A stretch of DNA of 64,000 nt from Alphaproteobacteria bacterium (GCA_009929265.1 SAAU01000003.1:17531-81530), one strand, 5' to 3'. Counted from the stretch's first letter, positions 51,673 to 62,458 are shown. The notes: a model not told the origin generated them from the letters alone. Made by a program: numbers and translations.

Positions 51673-52782
51673 TTATTTCTTTCGAGAGATATATTCAGAA
51701 ATAATTTTTATTTTCTCATCTAAAGGCGTTAAAATTTCCGTGTAATCCATATCAGAAAGCCCTTTTTTAATCACAACAGGCTCAATTTTATCTTCTTTAA
51801 GGAGGTAAACAATCGTCTCAGAGGCTGACAAATCCTTTTTTATCTTCTCTGTTAAAAAGCCTTCTAAACCCTTTGGCAGCTTAAACTGAAGGACCATATT
51901 TTCAATTCGAAGAACATTTTCCCTTTTATCTGTTTGAATTTTCACAAAAGCTGTCATCCCAGGAAGAAGTTTTTTTCCCTTATTTTCAAAACGAACAACC
52001 ACCGTATACATAATGACATTTTCTTCCTCTGTCGGATTGAGGCGGATCTGATAAACCTCTCCTTTAAAAACCTCATTTGGATAAGCATCTACCGTAAAGG
52101 AAGCCGTCATCCCCTTTTTCAAAAGCCCAATATCGGCCTCTGAAATATTGGCCTCAATTTGCATTTTGCTTAAATCCTCTGCCACCGTGAAAAGCGTTGG
52201 GGTTTGATAGCTTGCCGCCACCGTTTGCCCACTATCTACATCTTTGGAGATAATTGTTCCAGAAACAGGAGATACAATTCGCGTATAGCCCAAATTTCGT
52301 TTCGCTTTAGCATAATTAGCTTCCGCTGTTTCTAAATCAGAAGACGCCGTTTCTAAATCTATTTCAGCCTCTTCAAACTCCGACTTTGAAATCAGATTTT
52401 CTTTATAAAGATCCTCAATTCTTTTGTAATTAAGCTTACTGATTTTAAGTTTTGCCTTTGAAAGGGTGAGTAAAGCTTCTTTTTCTTTCATTTCCTCGTT
52501 TAAAAGGGATCTATCCAAATCGGCCAAAATCTGTCCTTTTTTAACCTCTTCATTATAATCTACATAGACCTTTTCAACAATTCCAGACACCTGCGTCCCC
52601 ACACTAACAACGTTAATTGGTTGAATTTGACCGGATCCTGTAATGGAATGAACGACATCCCCTTTTGAAAGAGAAGTTAAAATAAAATTATTCTTCTCCA
52701 ATCCTTTGGGTGAAGTCATTTTCCAAGCAGCAAAAAGGGAAACAAGGATTAAGCCTATGACAATACTATATCTTTTTTTCAT
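51673..52782 (-). CDS. Efflux periplasmic adaptor (HlyD/MacA family)
   Basis: Signal anchor, coiled-coil hairpin, and beta-barrel/lipoyl domains. 369 aa. 4-nt overlap with the tolC-like gene. Confidence 0.8.
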   Translation of the reverse strand: MKKRYSIVIGLILVSLFAAWKMTSPKGLEKNNFILTSLSKGDVVHSITGSGQIQPINVVSVGTQVSGIVEKVYVDYNEEVKKGQILADLDRSLLNEEMKEKEALLTLSKAKLKISKLNYKRIEDLYKENLISKSEFEEAEIDLETASSDLETAEANYAKAKRNLGYTRIVSPVSGTIISKDVDSGQTVAASYQTPTLFTVAEDLSKMQIEANISEADIGLLKKGMTASFTVDAYPNEVFKGEVYQIRLNPTEEENVIMYTVVVRFENKGKKLLPGMTAFVKIQTDKRENVLRIENMVLQFKLPKGLEGFLTEKIKKDLSASETIVYLLKEDKIEPVVIKKGLSDMDYTEILTPLDEKIKIISEYISRKK

Positions 52783-54149
52783 TTCTTTTCTCCAACGGCT
52801 TTTAATAAATTAAATTTTGCAACCAAGGCCTCAAATCTGGCTGAGGCATAATCTGTTCGGCTTTGACTTAATATTGCCAAGGCATCGAGCCATGTTGACA
52901 TATCTTCTTTCCCAACTTCATAAGAACGTTTGGCAAGTTTTTCGCTTTCTTTCGCCCCTTGAAGGACTTTTTCAAGCTGAGCATAGCGCTTTAATTTGTT
53001 TTGATAGTCATAAAAAGCATCTGACACTTCTTTTTCAATCGTATCTTTTAAGGCCTCTATTTTGGCTTCCCCTTGACGGTAAGAATGCGTCGCCTTTTGC
53101 TCACGATACGTCTGATTAAACCCTGTAAATAAAGGAACAGAAAGGGTAAGCATCGCTTTCCCATCATAGGTGTTTTTATCCACATCAAAATCGCGCCCCG
53201 TATTCATAGAGGCCTCTAGTGAAATTTCGGGATAGCTTTCCCGTTGAATGGAAGAAATTTCATTTTTCAAAGCTCTTTTTTGATATTCTAAAGCTTTAAG
53301 ATCCGGCCTATTTTGGGTAGCTGTCTTTAAAAACGCCCCTAAAGAAGGGAGTTTTTCTTGCAAAATCTTGTTTGATGAAACGGTATCAAAGCTTAATGAA
53401 ATATCCTTATTTACAGGCATATGGAGTAAACTTAAAAGTGTTGCTTTAATCACTTTTAAATCTTTTTTAGCATCATTCGTCTTAATTTCGGCTTGCGCAA
53501 GGGATGTTTCTGATTGCAACTTATCTAATTTTTTAACAAGGCCTAGTTTATAACGCTTTGAAACGATATTATAGGCAACCCGATAGGCCTCCTCCGACAT
53601 TTCAGCACTTTTGACAACATCTTCGGCTGACAAATACGCGTAATATCCCTCAATCACATCATACACCAAATCTTGAACATTTTTTTGATAGGAAAAATCG
53701 GAAGCCGTCATTTCATTTTCCGCTTTTTCATAACGCATAGAGCGTCCCCCAAAATCATAAAGCAAATAAGAAAGCGCTACTCCAGCTGTGCTTGATGGTG
53801 AATACTCTCTTTTTTCCTGCTCAATTTTACTTACCTTTGCTGTGCTTGAAGCCGACAGAGAAACCGTTGGTAAATATTCAGATTGGGCTACCCCAAAGAG
53901 AGCAGATTGGCTTTTTGCCGTCAAATACGTTTGACGTAAAGCCGGATTTTGGCAAAGAGCAATCTCCAAAGCCTCCTCCAAAGACAGAGTCTTTTTTGAA
54001 AGTAAAGTTTGACAAGATTTTGGATATAAATTTTTATCTATTTTGGAATAAACATGAAACGGATCCAATTCCCCACCTTGTGCCGAAAAAGAAATCATAG
54101 TTCCCCACAAAAAACAGAAAAAATAAGTCCTTTTAAAATAAAAACGCAT
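52779..54149 (-). CDS. TolC-family outer-membrane efflux protein
   Basis: Signal peptide and two repeated alpha/beta halves typical of OEP/TolC. 456 aa. Confidence 0.75.
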   Translation of the reverse strand: MRFYFKRTYFFCFLWGTMISFSAQGGELDPFHVYSKIDKNLYPKSCQTLLSKKTLSLEEALEIALCQNPALRQTYLTAKSQSALFGVAQSEYLPTVSLSASSTAKVSKIEQEKREYSPSSTAGVALSYLLYDFGGRSMRYEKAENEMTASDFSYQKNVQDLVYDVIEGYYAYLSAEDVVKSAEMSEEAYRVAYNIVSKRYKLGLVKKLDKLQSETSLAQAEIKTNDAKKDLKVIKATLLSLLHMPVNKDISLSFDTVSSNKILQEKLPSLGAFLKTATQNRPDLKALEYQKRALKNEISSIQRESYPEISLEASMNTGRDFDVDKNTYDGKAMLTLSVPLFTGFNQTYREQKATHSYRQGEAKIEALKDTIEKEVSDAFYDYQNKLKRYAQLEKVLQGAKESEKLAKRSYEVGKEDMSTWLDALAILSQSRTDYASARFEALVAKFNLLKAVGEKK

Positions 54150-54341
54150 CTTTTATCCCTTTATTTAATTTTTGTTTGAGTATACTCAATTTTTCCCCTT
54201 GAAGCAAAAAAATTATAAACTCCTTTAAAAAACAAAACGATTTTATTCAAAAAAAGTTCATTTTTTTCGCTTTTGTTTTTCTTGAACTTGATAAAAATTC
54301 TGATATGCTAAGAGAAATTTTAATTTTTTAAGGACGATAAA

Positions 54342-56513
54342 ATGAATTCTTTTATACGATTGTCTTTGCGGTTTTTCTTTTTTCTTTTCAGAATTACATC
54401 AAAAGAAAGCGCTCATCTTCCAGCCCTAAAACCTGTTGTTTATATCAGTAATCATACAAGCTCCCTCGACATTCTTTATCTTTACGCCTTTTTACCTAAA
54501 GATCCTATTTTCTTCCTTTCAAAGGAAATGGAAAAGCGGAAAAAATTTCTCCGTTTTTTCAAGATTAAAAACACCTATTCTTTTGAACCGTTGAATCCAA
54601 CTTGCGCAAAAGATGCAATTTCTTTTATTGAACAAGGTAAATCGCTTGTCATTTTTATTGAAAATAGACTTTCTGTGACAGGACATTTAATGAAATGCTA
54701 TGAAACGGCTGGAATTATCGCCGATAAATCCAATGCGCCTTTGGTTCCTGTCTTTATTCAAAATGCCGAATTTTCTATCTTTGCTGACACAAAGGGAAAT
54801 AAACCTGTCCACCTTTTTCCAAAGATAACAATTCATATCGATGCCCCTGTTGCGTTTCATATTGATGACGACAAACGTAAAAATCGGGAACATATTGTGG
54901 CTCGTCTTTCAAAGATTATGGCAAACACTATTTTTGAAGGAATTTTTAATCCTCATGAAACTTTGTTTTGCCACCTTCAAAAAACAGCCTCTTTATATAA
55001 GAAGGCAAAAGAGCTTAAATATAATGTGTTAGAGGATGCTTCGAGAAAGTTTTTAAATTATCCTCGACTTATTTGTAAAATTTTTATTTTTGGAAAACTT
55101 TTTTCTGCCTTAACAAAGCCCCAAGAAGCTATCGGAATTCTTTTACCAAATTCCTTAATGAACGTTATCAGCTTTTTTGGTCTTTCTGCCTATGGACGAG
55201 TGCCTGCCATGCTTAATCCCACAATGGGTAAAGCTAGCTTGCTTTCTGTTTGTAAAACAGCTTCTCTTCAAAAAATCATCACGTCAAGGGAATTTATCGA
55301 AACCCTCAAGGCAAGCGATTTGATTGAAGCGTTTTTAGACAAAGGGATGCAAGTTATTTATTTAGAAACTCTTGCCCAAGACATTACTTTAAAAGAAAAA
55401 CTTATTGCAAAGCTTAAATCCCTTGTCTCTTATACGCCGTTCAAATCTTATGCTCAAAAACGGGGGTGTATCCTTTTTACATCTGGATCTGAAGGCTCGC
55501 CTAAAGCCGTTGTTCTCAGCCAAAGCAATATGCTTGCAAATGCGCTTCAACACGCCTCCTTTGAACGCTATTCTTCTTTAGATGTTTTCTTTAATGCCCT
55601 TCCTATGTTTCATAGTTTTGGGCTCGTCACAGGAACACTTAGCCCTCTTTTGAATGGTAGCCGCTTATTTTTATACTCTTCCCCGCTTCATTATCGAATT
55701 ATTCCAGAACTTATCTACCAAATCGGCGCTACGGTTATGTATTCAACAGATACGTTCTTAAAAGGATATGCAAGAAACGCCAACATTGCCGATTTTCAAA
55801 CCATACGCACCCTTTTAGGGGGCGCGGAAGCCGTCAAGCAAGATACGCGACTAATTTATAGTGAAAAATTTGGCATTTCCCTTCAAGAAGGCTATGGGGC
55901 AACAGAATGCGCTCCAATTTTAACAATTAACACCTCCAACCTTAGAAAGGCCGGTTCTATCGGACAAATTATCCCGGGAATTGACTATAAAATCAAACCT
56001 TTAGAAGGGTTCCAAGAAGGCGGACTTTTGGAAGTTAAAGGTCCTAATATTATGATGGGTTATCTTTATTCTAAAAATACAAAAGAATTGGTGGCTCCTG
56101 AAAATGGGTGGTATTCAACAGGAGATGTCGTCAAAGAAGACGAGGAAGGCTTTATTTTTATTTTAGATAGAGTTAAACGCTTTGCAAAAATTGCAGGGGA
56201 AATGGTTTCCTTAACAGCGGTTGAAAAACTGGCCTATTCTGTTGGATTAAAAACAGATGGTATTTTTGAATATGGCGCTGTCTGTGTCCCTCACCCGACA
56301 AAAGGGGAACAAATTGTCTTAGTGACAAATAATAGAGATCTTACTCAAAAAGACCTCCTTACTTTTTCTAAAAAGAAAGGCATCACAGAACTCTACGTTC
56401 CAAAGACTATTCTTTATAAAGAAGCTCTACCTGTTCTTCCAACAGGGAAAAGGGACAATAAAACTCTTAAAAACCTTGTTCTTCAAGAACTTCATTTAGA
56501 AGAAGATATTTAA
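54342..56513 (+). CDS. aas: Bifunctional 2-acylglycerophosphoethanolamine acyltransferase / acyl-ACP synthetase
   Basis: N-terminal PlsC-type acyltransferase (NHTSSLD, an HX4D-like motif) fused to an AMP-binding domain (FTSGSEGSPKAV...GYGATE). 723 aa. Confidence 0.8.
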   Translation: MNSFIRLSLRFFFFLFRITSKESAHLPALKPVVYISNHTSSLDILYLYAFLPKDPIFFLSKEMEKRKKFLRFFKIKNTYSFEPLNPTCAKDAISFIEQGKSLVIFIENRLSVTGHLMKCYETAGIIADKSNAPLVPVFIQNAEFSIFADTKGNKPVHLFPKITIHIDAPVAFHIDDDKRKNREHIVARLSKIMANTIFEGIFNPHETLFCHLQKTASLYKKAKELKYNVLEDASRKFLNYPRLICKIFIFGKLFSALTKPQEAIGILLPNSLMNVISFFGLSAYGRVPAMLNPTMGKASLLSVCKTASLQKIITSREFIETLKASDLIEAFLDKGMQVIYLETLAQDITLKEKLIAKLKSLVSYTPFKSYAQKRGCILFTSGSEGSPKAVVLSQSNMLANALQHASFERYSSLDVFFNALPMFHSFGLVTGTLSPLLNGSRLFLYSSPLHYRIIPELIYQIGATVMYSTDTFLKGYARNANIADFQTIRTLLGGAEAVKQDTRLIYSEKFGISLQEGYGATECAPILTINTSNLRKAGSIGQIIPGIDYKIKPLEGFQEGGLLEVKGPNIMMGYLYSKNTKELVAPENGWYSTGDVVKEDEEGFIFILDRVKRFAKIAGEMVSLTAVEKLAYSVGLKTDGIFEYGAVCVPHPTKGEQIVLVTNNRDLTQKDLLTFSKKKGITELYVPKTILYKEALPVLPTGKRDNKTLKNLVLQELHLEEDI

Positions 56514-56678
56514 TATATACTTTATAGCTAATTCATAAAAAGAAGAAGATTTAACCCCCTCTTCTTTTTTTATATAATCAACAAAAAATTCCTTAAGAAA
56601 AAGCTTGTATTCAAAAAGAATATATTTTACTGTAATTTTAGTTTAGATTTTTATGTCAACCTCTAGAGAGAGTAAAAA

Positions 56679-59600
56679 ATGAAAATACGTTCTATTTTTC
56701 TAAATTCAATTTCTTTTATTGCTTTAACTTTTACGGGGAACGCTTTTGCTGAAGCTCTTCCAGGGGATTGCTCCTCTGGCAGTTGTGCTCCTGTGGCAGG
56801 CACTTATGAAATTGATAATGCAACCGCTCCTGTTGCAGGATCCCTAACCATCAATCCAGGTGTTAGTATTTCTTACCAAAGAGATGCTGTCGGATTTGGA
56901 ATTACAGGCAACCTTATTATCAATGGAGATGGCACTTCTGGACAAGGAAGCTTTCTTTTAGAAGGAACCAGCACAGCCATGGAAACGGTGTTTGTAGGTG
57001 GAGACATTGAAGTAAATGGCGGGGATCTTCGATCTATTCCTCAGGTTCCAACCTCGACAAGTCTTTATGGCGCTCAAATTGCCGAATTTGGTGTCGAAAC
57101 AAATGGAAGTTTTACAATTAAAGACAATATCTCAACAGGTTCAACGGTCACTTTCTCTGGATCCAGTTTTAGAATTAAAAATGATTCACCGACCGCATCA
57201 AGTTTTATTATGGAAAATGGCACGTTATTAGTTGAAAAAGGAACCGCTCCAGAAGGGTCGCGAGCTGCTTTTGTAATGGAAGAAAATTCAACAGGATCTT
57301 TTGAAATCCAAAACGGGACAGCAACTTTTGAAGATGCTATTGTTTCAAGACTTTCTAGTGGAAATATGGTTATCGGAGAAGATTTAGGAGATGATGAAGA
57401 TCCTTTCCTTGCTTCTAATCAACCTGTTGTTAATTTAACGCGGTCAAACTTCTCTCTTGAAGGGGCAACGGGCGATATTCATGTCAAGAAAGGGGCTCTT
57501 ACTTTAACAGGGTCTGTGATGTCAACCTCTTCTACAAACACATCGACATCAAACATAACTTTTGAAAATGCTATCCTGTCGATGAATCAAAATAGTAATC
57601 TTATCGCAGCCTCCTCAAATACAGGCAATATGACTTTTACAAATACGCATATTGAAATGGGGATTGGGGATACGGCAGATGCTTCTATTATTCAACAAGT
57701 CGGAAAAGGAAACCTTAGTTTTACAGACGGTTATAAAAATGGAGACTCCTCCTCTCTTATTTTAGAAGGCAGAACTTCTTTTAGTTTGAATAACGCTTCT
57801 CAAGGAACTTATTCTTTAACCGTTGACGATGCTTCTTTGAAAGATTTAGCTTCTATTGAAAATAACGGACTTGGGGCTACAACCCTTTCAAATATTAAAC
57901 TTACAGGGGGCGCTTCTATTGAACATAACAATGACGCTACTTTCACTCTTACAAACGGAAGTTTTATGGATACAGCGTCTCTTACTATCGGAATTGGTGG
58001 CGCAACAAATGCAACATTGGGCGCTGAAGTCGGCGAATTGTTAAGCTTTAGTGATCAAACCTCTATCACTTTTTCCTCAGAGGGAATTTTAACCTTATCG
58101 GGAGGCACAATTTCCTTAGGAACAGACGCGGCTCCTGAAGATGAGAAAATGACCGTTCTTTTAAGACATGCAGCCACTTCTGCTCTCACAATTGATGGGG
58201 CTGATACGGTTGTTAATTTAGGGCTCATTGATTTACAATATACAGATGATGCTGAGGCCAGTGCTTTTAACTTTGATTTAAAAGCCGGAACAATGAACCT
58301 TATCAATTACACAACGTTAACGACAAATTCCTTAACGGTTGATGATTTCACAATCAATGGGGACTTTACATTAGATCTTCAAGGAATAACCGCTTTTAAC
58401 GGAACGTTAACTGCTTCTGGAATGTCCTTAACAATTCCTGATGATCCTTCTAACATCGCATTTGGGGCAACTTCCCATGTTGTTTTGAAAAACTTAACTA
58501 TTTCAAATTCCTATGATGGAATTCACGACTTAACAGTTGGCAGCACCTTAAATCTTGGGGAAAATATCTTAACGTTAAATGATTTAACACTTTCTAATGC
58601 TGCAACAATCAATTTATATCTTCCAAATACAGCAACAGATACAAATGGAGATGTTGTTGCCGATTATGGGCGTATCAATGCAAACTCCATCACTGTCGGC
58701 ACAAGCAGTGAAGACAGAGTGACGGTCAACTTAACCGTTCAAGAATGGATGTATTTCAAGCAAGACGGAACGACCTTTAAATTCATTGGCACAACAGATG
58801 CTTTAGATACTTCTCAATTTAATCTTGTTAACAACAGATATGAATTTGAAGCTGTGACATGTGCTGATGGAAACGGGCTCTGTTATATTGCAAGATACTC
58901 AACAGATGGCGCGGATGCGACAGAATCTATGGGTGGTGATGAAGAACAAGTTGCCATTGCAGGGGCTTTCCTTGATGGACGTCCGTTTGACAGTTCTGCT
59001 GAAATCTTCCCTGTTGCCGATGCCTTAAATGAGCTTTCTCAATCAACAGACGCAACTGAGCAAGCAACATATCTTAAATTGCTTTCTTTAGTTGGCCCTG
59101 AAAAAGAAGGACTTGAAAGACAAACTGCCATTACATCAAACAATATGGTTCTTCAAACGATTTCAAATCGTTTTGGAAATCCAACATTCCACGTTTACAG
59201 CGGCGGGATGAACAGTGGCGATAATTTCTTTAATTCTGGCTTCTGGGTTCAAACTTTGTATAACAGAACAAAGAAGATTGATGAAAGCGACACTTTGAAA
59301 GATGGTTACGAAGGAAAAAGCATCGGAGGCGCTATGGGGTTAGATGCTCAACTCTTTGATTCTATGATGGTTGGGTTTGGGTATTCTTACACATCCTCAT
59401 CTATCGACAATTCAGATAAAACGAGAGAAATTGACATCAAAAACAACAGCGCTTTTGTTTATGCCAAATATCAACCCAATAACTTCTATGTCAACCTCAT
59501 CGGAACCTATAGCACTGGGGAAAATGAGATGCATCAGACAATGACAGTTGGCACAACTTCTTTAACAGAACTTGATGTTAAGAGCACCTATGATACAAAA

Positions 59601-60050
59601 TCATACTCTGGACAAGTTATGTTTGGCTATGAAACAGACATCATCACACCAAGCATTGGGGCTCGCTACTTTAAGATTACACAAGACGCTTACACGGATG
59701 CTATTGGACAAGAATTTGGCGAAACATCTTCTGACTTTGCAACAGCCATTGCGGAATTAAGCTATGCTTCTACTTTCGAATTTTCAAGAAGAGCTCACTT
59801 CTCAACGGCCTTAAAAGTTGGTGGAACTTACGATGTTAAAACATCAAAAGGGGAAACCGTTGTTTCTTTACCAAATGGGAATACCTACACCGTTGAAGGC
59901 AAAGAATTGGATAGAGCAGCCGCAACAGCTGGGGCTTCCATTACCTTTGAAATCGACGGAAATGCAGAAATTGAGTTAAGCTACGATTACGAAAAACGGA
60001 AAAACTATCAATCCGAAACAGGATCCGTTAAAGCAAAACTTTATTTCTAA
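56679..60050 (+). CDS. Autotransporter (type V secretion): signal peptide, ~800-aa Ser/Thr/Asn/Gly-rich beta-helical passenger, C-terminal ~280-aa beta-barrel translocator
   Basis: MKIRSIFLNSISFIALTFTGNAFA is a signal peptide. The passenger is repetitive. The C-terminus GFWVQTLYNRTK...ends ...VKAKLYF, a terminal aromatic typical of autotransporter beta-domains. Confidence 0.7.
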   Translation: MKIRSIFLNSISFIALTFTGNAFAEALPGDCSSGSCAPVAGTYEIDNATAPVAGSLTINPGVSISYQRDAVGFGITGNLIINGDGTSGQGSFLLEGTSTAMETVFVGGDIEVNGGDLRSIPQVPTSTSLYGAQIAEFGVETNGSFTIKDNISTGSTVTFSGSSFRIKNDSPTASSFIMENGTLLVEKGTAPEGSRAAFVMEENSTGSFEIQNGTATFEDAIVSRLSSGNMVIGEDLGDDEDPFLASNQPVVNLTRSNFSLEGATGDIHVKKGALTLTGSVMSTSSTNTSTSNITFENAILSMNQNSNLIAASSNTGNMTFTNTHIEMGIGDTADASIIQQVGKGNLSFTDGYKNGDSSSLILEGRTSFSLNNASQGTYSLTVDDASLKDLASIENNGLGATTLSNIKLTGGASIEHNNDATFTLTNGSFMDTASLTIGIGGATNATLGAEVGELLSFSDQTSITFSSEGILTLSGGTISLGTDAAPEDEKMTVLLRHAATSALTIDGADTVVNLGLIDLQYTDDAEASAFNFDLKAGTMNLINYTTLTTNSLTVDDFTINGDFTLDLQGITAFNGTLTASGMSLTIPDDPSNIAFGATSHVVLKNLTISNSYDGIHDLTVGSTLNLGENILTLNDLTLSNAATINLYLPNTATDTNGDVVADYGRINANSITVGTSSEDRVTVNLTVQEWMYFKQDGTTFKFIGTTDALDTSQFNLVNNRYEFEAVTCADGNGLCYIARYSTDGADATESMGGDEEQVAIAGAFLDGRPFDSSAEIFPVADALNELSQSTDATEQATYLKLLSLVGPEKEGLERQTAITSNNMVLQTISNRFGNPTFHVYSGGMNSGDNFFNSGFWVQTLYNRTKKIDESDTLKDGYEGKSIGGAMGLDAQLFDSMMVGFGYSYTSSSIDNSDKTREIDIKNNSAFVYAKYQPNNFYVNLIGTYSTGENEMHQTMTVGTTSLTELDVKSTYDTKSYSGQVMFGYETDIITPSIGARYFKITQDAYTDAIGQEFGETSSDFATAIAELSYASTFEFSRRAHFSTALKVGGTYDVKTSKGETVVSLPNGNTYTVEGKELDRAAATAGASITFEIDGNAEIELSYDYEKRKNYQSETGSVKAKLYF

Positions 60051-60128
60051 GCTTTAAACAAAACCCTTTCTTTTCCATTAAAGAGAGGGTTTTTTCTATC
60101 TAAATCTTATTTCTAAAGGAGAATATAC

Positions 60129-60491
60129 ATGGCAAACACATATAAAAAAGGCGATAACGACATACGGCCTTGGGGAACTTGGGAAGTTTTAGAATCTGGA
60201 GATGAATTTATCGTCAAAAAAATTGTTGTCAATCCACATCAAAAACTTTCACTTCAAAAGCATAATTACAGAAGTGAACATTGGATTATTGCACAAGGAA
60301 CAGGACACGTCACTATTGGGGATAAAACCTTTGACGCCCCACAAGACACAGCCCTTTATATCCCCGTTCAAGCCATTCATCGTATGGAAAACCAAACAGA
60401 GGATATCGTTATCTTTATCGAGGTTCAAACAGGAAAAACATTAGACGAGAACGACATCATTCGACTAGAGGATTCCTATGGTCGGAAATAG
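60129..60491 (+). CDS. Cupin-domain protein (mannose-6-phosphate isomerase-like cupin)
   Basis: RPWGTWEVL...KIVVNPHQKLSLQKHNYRSEHWIIAQGTGHVTIGD has cupin motifs 1 and 2. Confidence 0.55.
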   Translation: MANTYKKGDNDIRPWGTWEVLESGDEFIVKKIVVNPHQKLSLQKHNYRSEHWIIAQGTGHVTIGDKTFDAPQDTALYIPVQAIHRMENQTEDIVIFIEVQTGKTLDENDIIRLEDSYGRK

Positions 60492-60548
60492 ATAAATCCT
60501 TTTCCATCCTTAAAAAAAGAGCTTCTCAAATAAATGAAAAGCTTTTTT

Positions 60549-61022
60549 TTATAACTTTATATCGTTTAACTTATCTAAGGTTTCTTCAAAGGAAACAGGC
60601 GATTTTAGAATATTCTCTTCTGCTTGCTCAAATGTTTTTTCAAGAAATTCTGTCTTTATATTTTTATCCTCTTGTTTTTTCATTTGAGAGAGGCGATTTT
60701 GCATCTTTTTTTCTAGCTTTTCTTTTGTTTTTTTAAGAGACTCTTTATAATCTTCTTCTAAAGATTCAATTTCGGCTTCCGCCTCCTCTTTCATCTTTTT
60801 AAACTCTTTCTTTTTGGTTTTCACTTTATAATGATAGTGATGTAATAAATCATCTGCTTTATCTCTTAAAGTAAGACTTTCATTGATATTTTCTTCGATT
60901 TCTAAAGATTTGGACTTTGCATAAGCTTTGAATTTTTTGAAGGCAAACGGGCCAAAAACAACCAAAACAAAAGAAAAACTTAAGATTTCACCCCACTCCA
61001 AATTCATCAAAAATTCTTTCAT
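60549..61022 (-). CDS. atpF: ATP synthase F0 subunit b
   Basis: N-terminal TM helix plus a long charged helix. It is the last gene of the atpI-B-E-F'-F cluster. Confidence 0.65.
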   Translation of the reverse strand: MKEFLMNLEWGEILSFSFVLVVFGPFAFKKFKAYAKSKSLEIEENINESLTLRDKADDLLHHYHYKVKTKKKEFKKMKEEAEAEIESLEEDYKESLKKTKEKLEKKMQNRLSQMKKQEDKNIKTEFLEKTFEQAEENILKSPVSFEETLDKLNDIKL

Positions 61023-61459
61023 TTTTTATTCCCCATCATTTTAATCGAAATCCTCAAAGCTAACTTTTTTGATTTTTGAGAGAGCAGTGTTCTTTTTTCT
61101 TCACTTTGAAGGTGATATTCTTTTTCTGCTCGTTCAATTTTATTTGAAAATTCCAAATTCAATTTAGCTTCTTCTTTAGAAAATTTTTCCTCAATTTTCC
61201 TATGGACTTTAGAAACAATCTCTTTGGTTTCTTGCTCTACTTTATTAACCTCAAGCGCATAACTTTTCATAATTTTTTCGGTTTTTAAATTTATCTTTTT
61301 GGCGTCTTCCACATAGAAATTCAAAAGATCATTGCGTTTTGAAATTCCCTCTTCAATACGAGGAATCACATATTTCTTTACAAAAAGAAATACGGTGGAA
61401 AAACACAGAAGAACCCAAAAAATTTGGCTTGAGAACCAATAAAGTTCAAATTGAGGCAT
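61019..61459 (-). CDS. atpF2: ATP synthase F0 subunit b'
   Basis: Second b-type subunit, typical of alphaproteobacterial F0 operons. 4-nt overlap with atpF. Confidence 0.6.
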   Translation of the reverse strand: MPQFELYWFSSQIFWVLLCFSTVFLFVKKYVIPRIEEGISKRNDLLNFYVEDAKKINLKTEKIMKSYALEVNKVEQETKEIVSKVHRKIEEKFSKEEAKLNLEFSNKIERAEKEYHLQSEEKRTLLSQKSKKLALRISIKMMGNKK

Positions 61460-61471
61460 CTTTTTTCCTTT

Positions 61472-61717
61472 TTAAGAATAAAGAATAACGATAGCCAAAC
61501 CCAAAGCGTAAAGGGCAATAGCTTCGGTAATGGCCACTCCCCCCCAAGCAAAAAGGCTGACATCTTTTTTAACTGAAGGATTGCGACTGACAACAGAAAT
61601 AACCGTCACCCAAATTTGGGAGACCCCTTTTGCAACAGCCAACATCACCAACGAACAAATTGCCGCCGAAAGAAACTTAGCAACTTGAACAAAAACTTCC
61701 ATTGATTGTGGTTCCAT
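61472..61717 (-). CDS. atpE: ATP synthase F0 subunit c
   Basis: Two TM hairpin with GxGxGxG-like packing (AICSLVMLAVAKG) and a conserved Glu (VAITEAIAL). Confidence 0.8.
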   Translation of the reverse strand: MEPQSMEVFVQVAKFLSAAICSLVMLAVAKGVSQIWVTVISVVSRNPSVKKDVSLFAWGGVAITEAIALYALGLAIVILYS

Positions 61718-61735
61718 ATTTTTCTCCTTAAAATT

Positions 61736-62458
61736 TTATTGATTTTCCAAACTTTCGCCTAAATAAATGCAAGAGAGCACTGTGTAAATATAGGCCTGTA
61801 AAAAGCTAATTCCCATTTCAAAAACGATTAAAACCCCCGAGAAGGCAAGAGGAATAATCCCTTCAATCCCTAAAATAACAATAAACCCAGTCAAAAGCCC
61901 AATCATAATGTGCCCAACAATCATATTCATAACAAGACGAATAGTTAAACTAAACGGCTTTGCCAAAAAAGAAATCATTTCTATAGGAATAATTAACGGG
62001 GCAATTAAAAACGGCACTCCCTCGGGCAAAAAAGAGCGAAACCAAGAAAATCCTTTCTTTTTTAAGCCTAAAATAGTGCTGTAAATCAAACCCAAAAGCG
62101 ATAGCGCCCCAATCGTTGATAAATGAGCGGTCCAGCCAAATGAATAAGGAAGCAAACTTAAAAAATTTCCAACAAAAATAAAAAGAAAAAGACTCATGGA
62201 AAATGGAATAAACTTTTTGCCTTCTGTTCCAATTGTATCTTGGATAATTTTGTCAATAAAAGCGTAAATCATCTCAGATAAAACCTGTGCTGAATGCGGA
62301 ATAACCGAGCGTTTTTGTGTAAGCAAAAAAAGACTTAAACAAATCACAAAAACAGCCATAAGCATAGATAAAGATGAATTTGTAAGTGAAAAATCCACTC
62401 CAAAAAGGGAAAAAGGAATAAGCGGGGTGACCTGAAATTGGCTTAAAGGATTATTCAT
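61736..62458 (-). CDS. atpB: ATP synthase F0 subunit a
   Basis: Polytopic protein with the conserved Arg region (LTIRLVMNMIVGH). Confidence 0.85.
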   Translation of the reverse strand: MNNPLSQFQVTPLIPFSLFGVDFSLTNSSLSMLMAVFVICLSLFLLTQKRSVIPHSAQVLSEMIYAFIDKIIQDTIGTEGKKFIPFSMSLFLFIFVGNFLSLLPYSFGWTAHLSTIGALSLLGLIYSTILGLKKKGFSWFRSFLPEGVPFLIAPLIIPIEMISFLAKPFSLTIRLVMNMIVGHIMIGLLTGFIVILGIEGIIPLAFSGVLIVFEMGISFLQAYIYTVLSCIYLGESLENQ

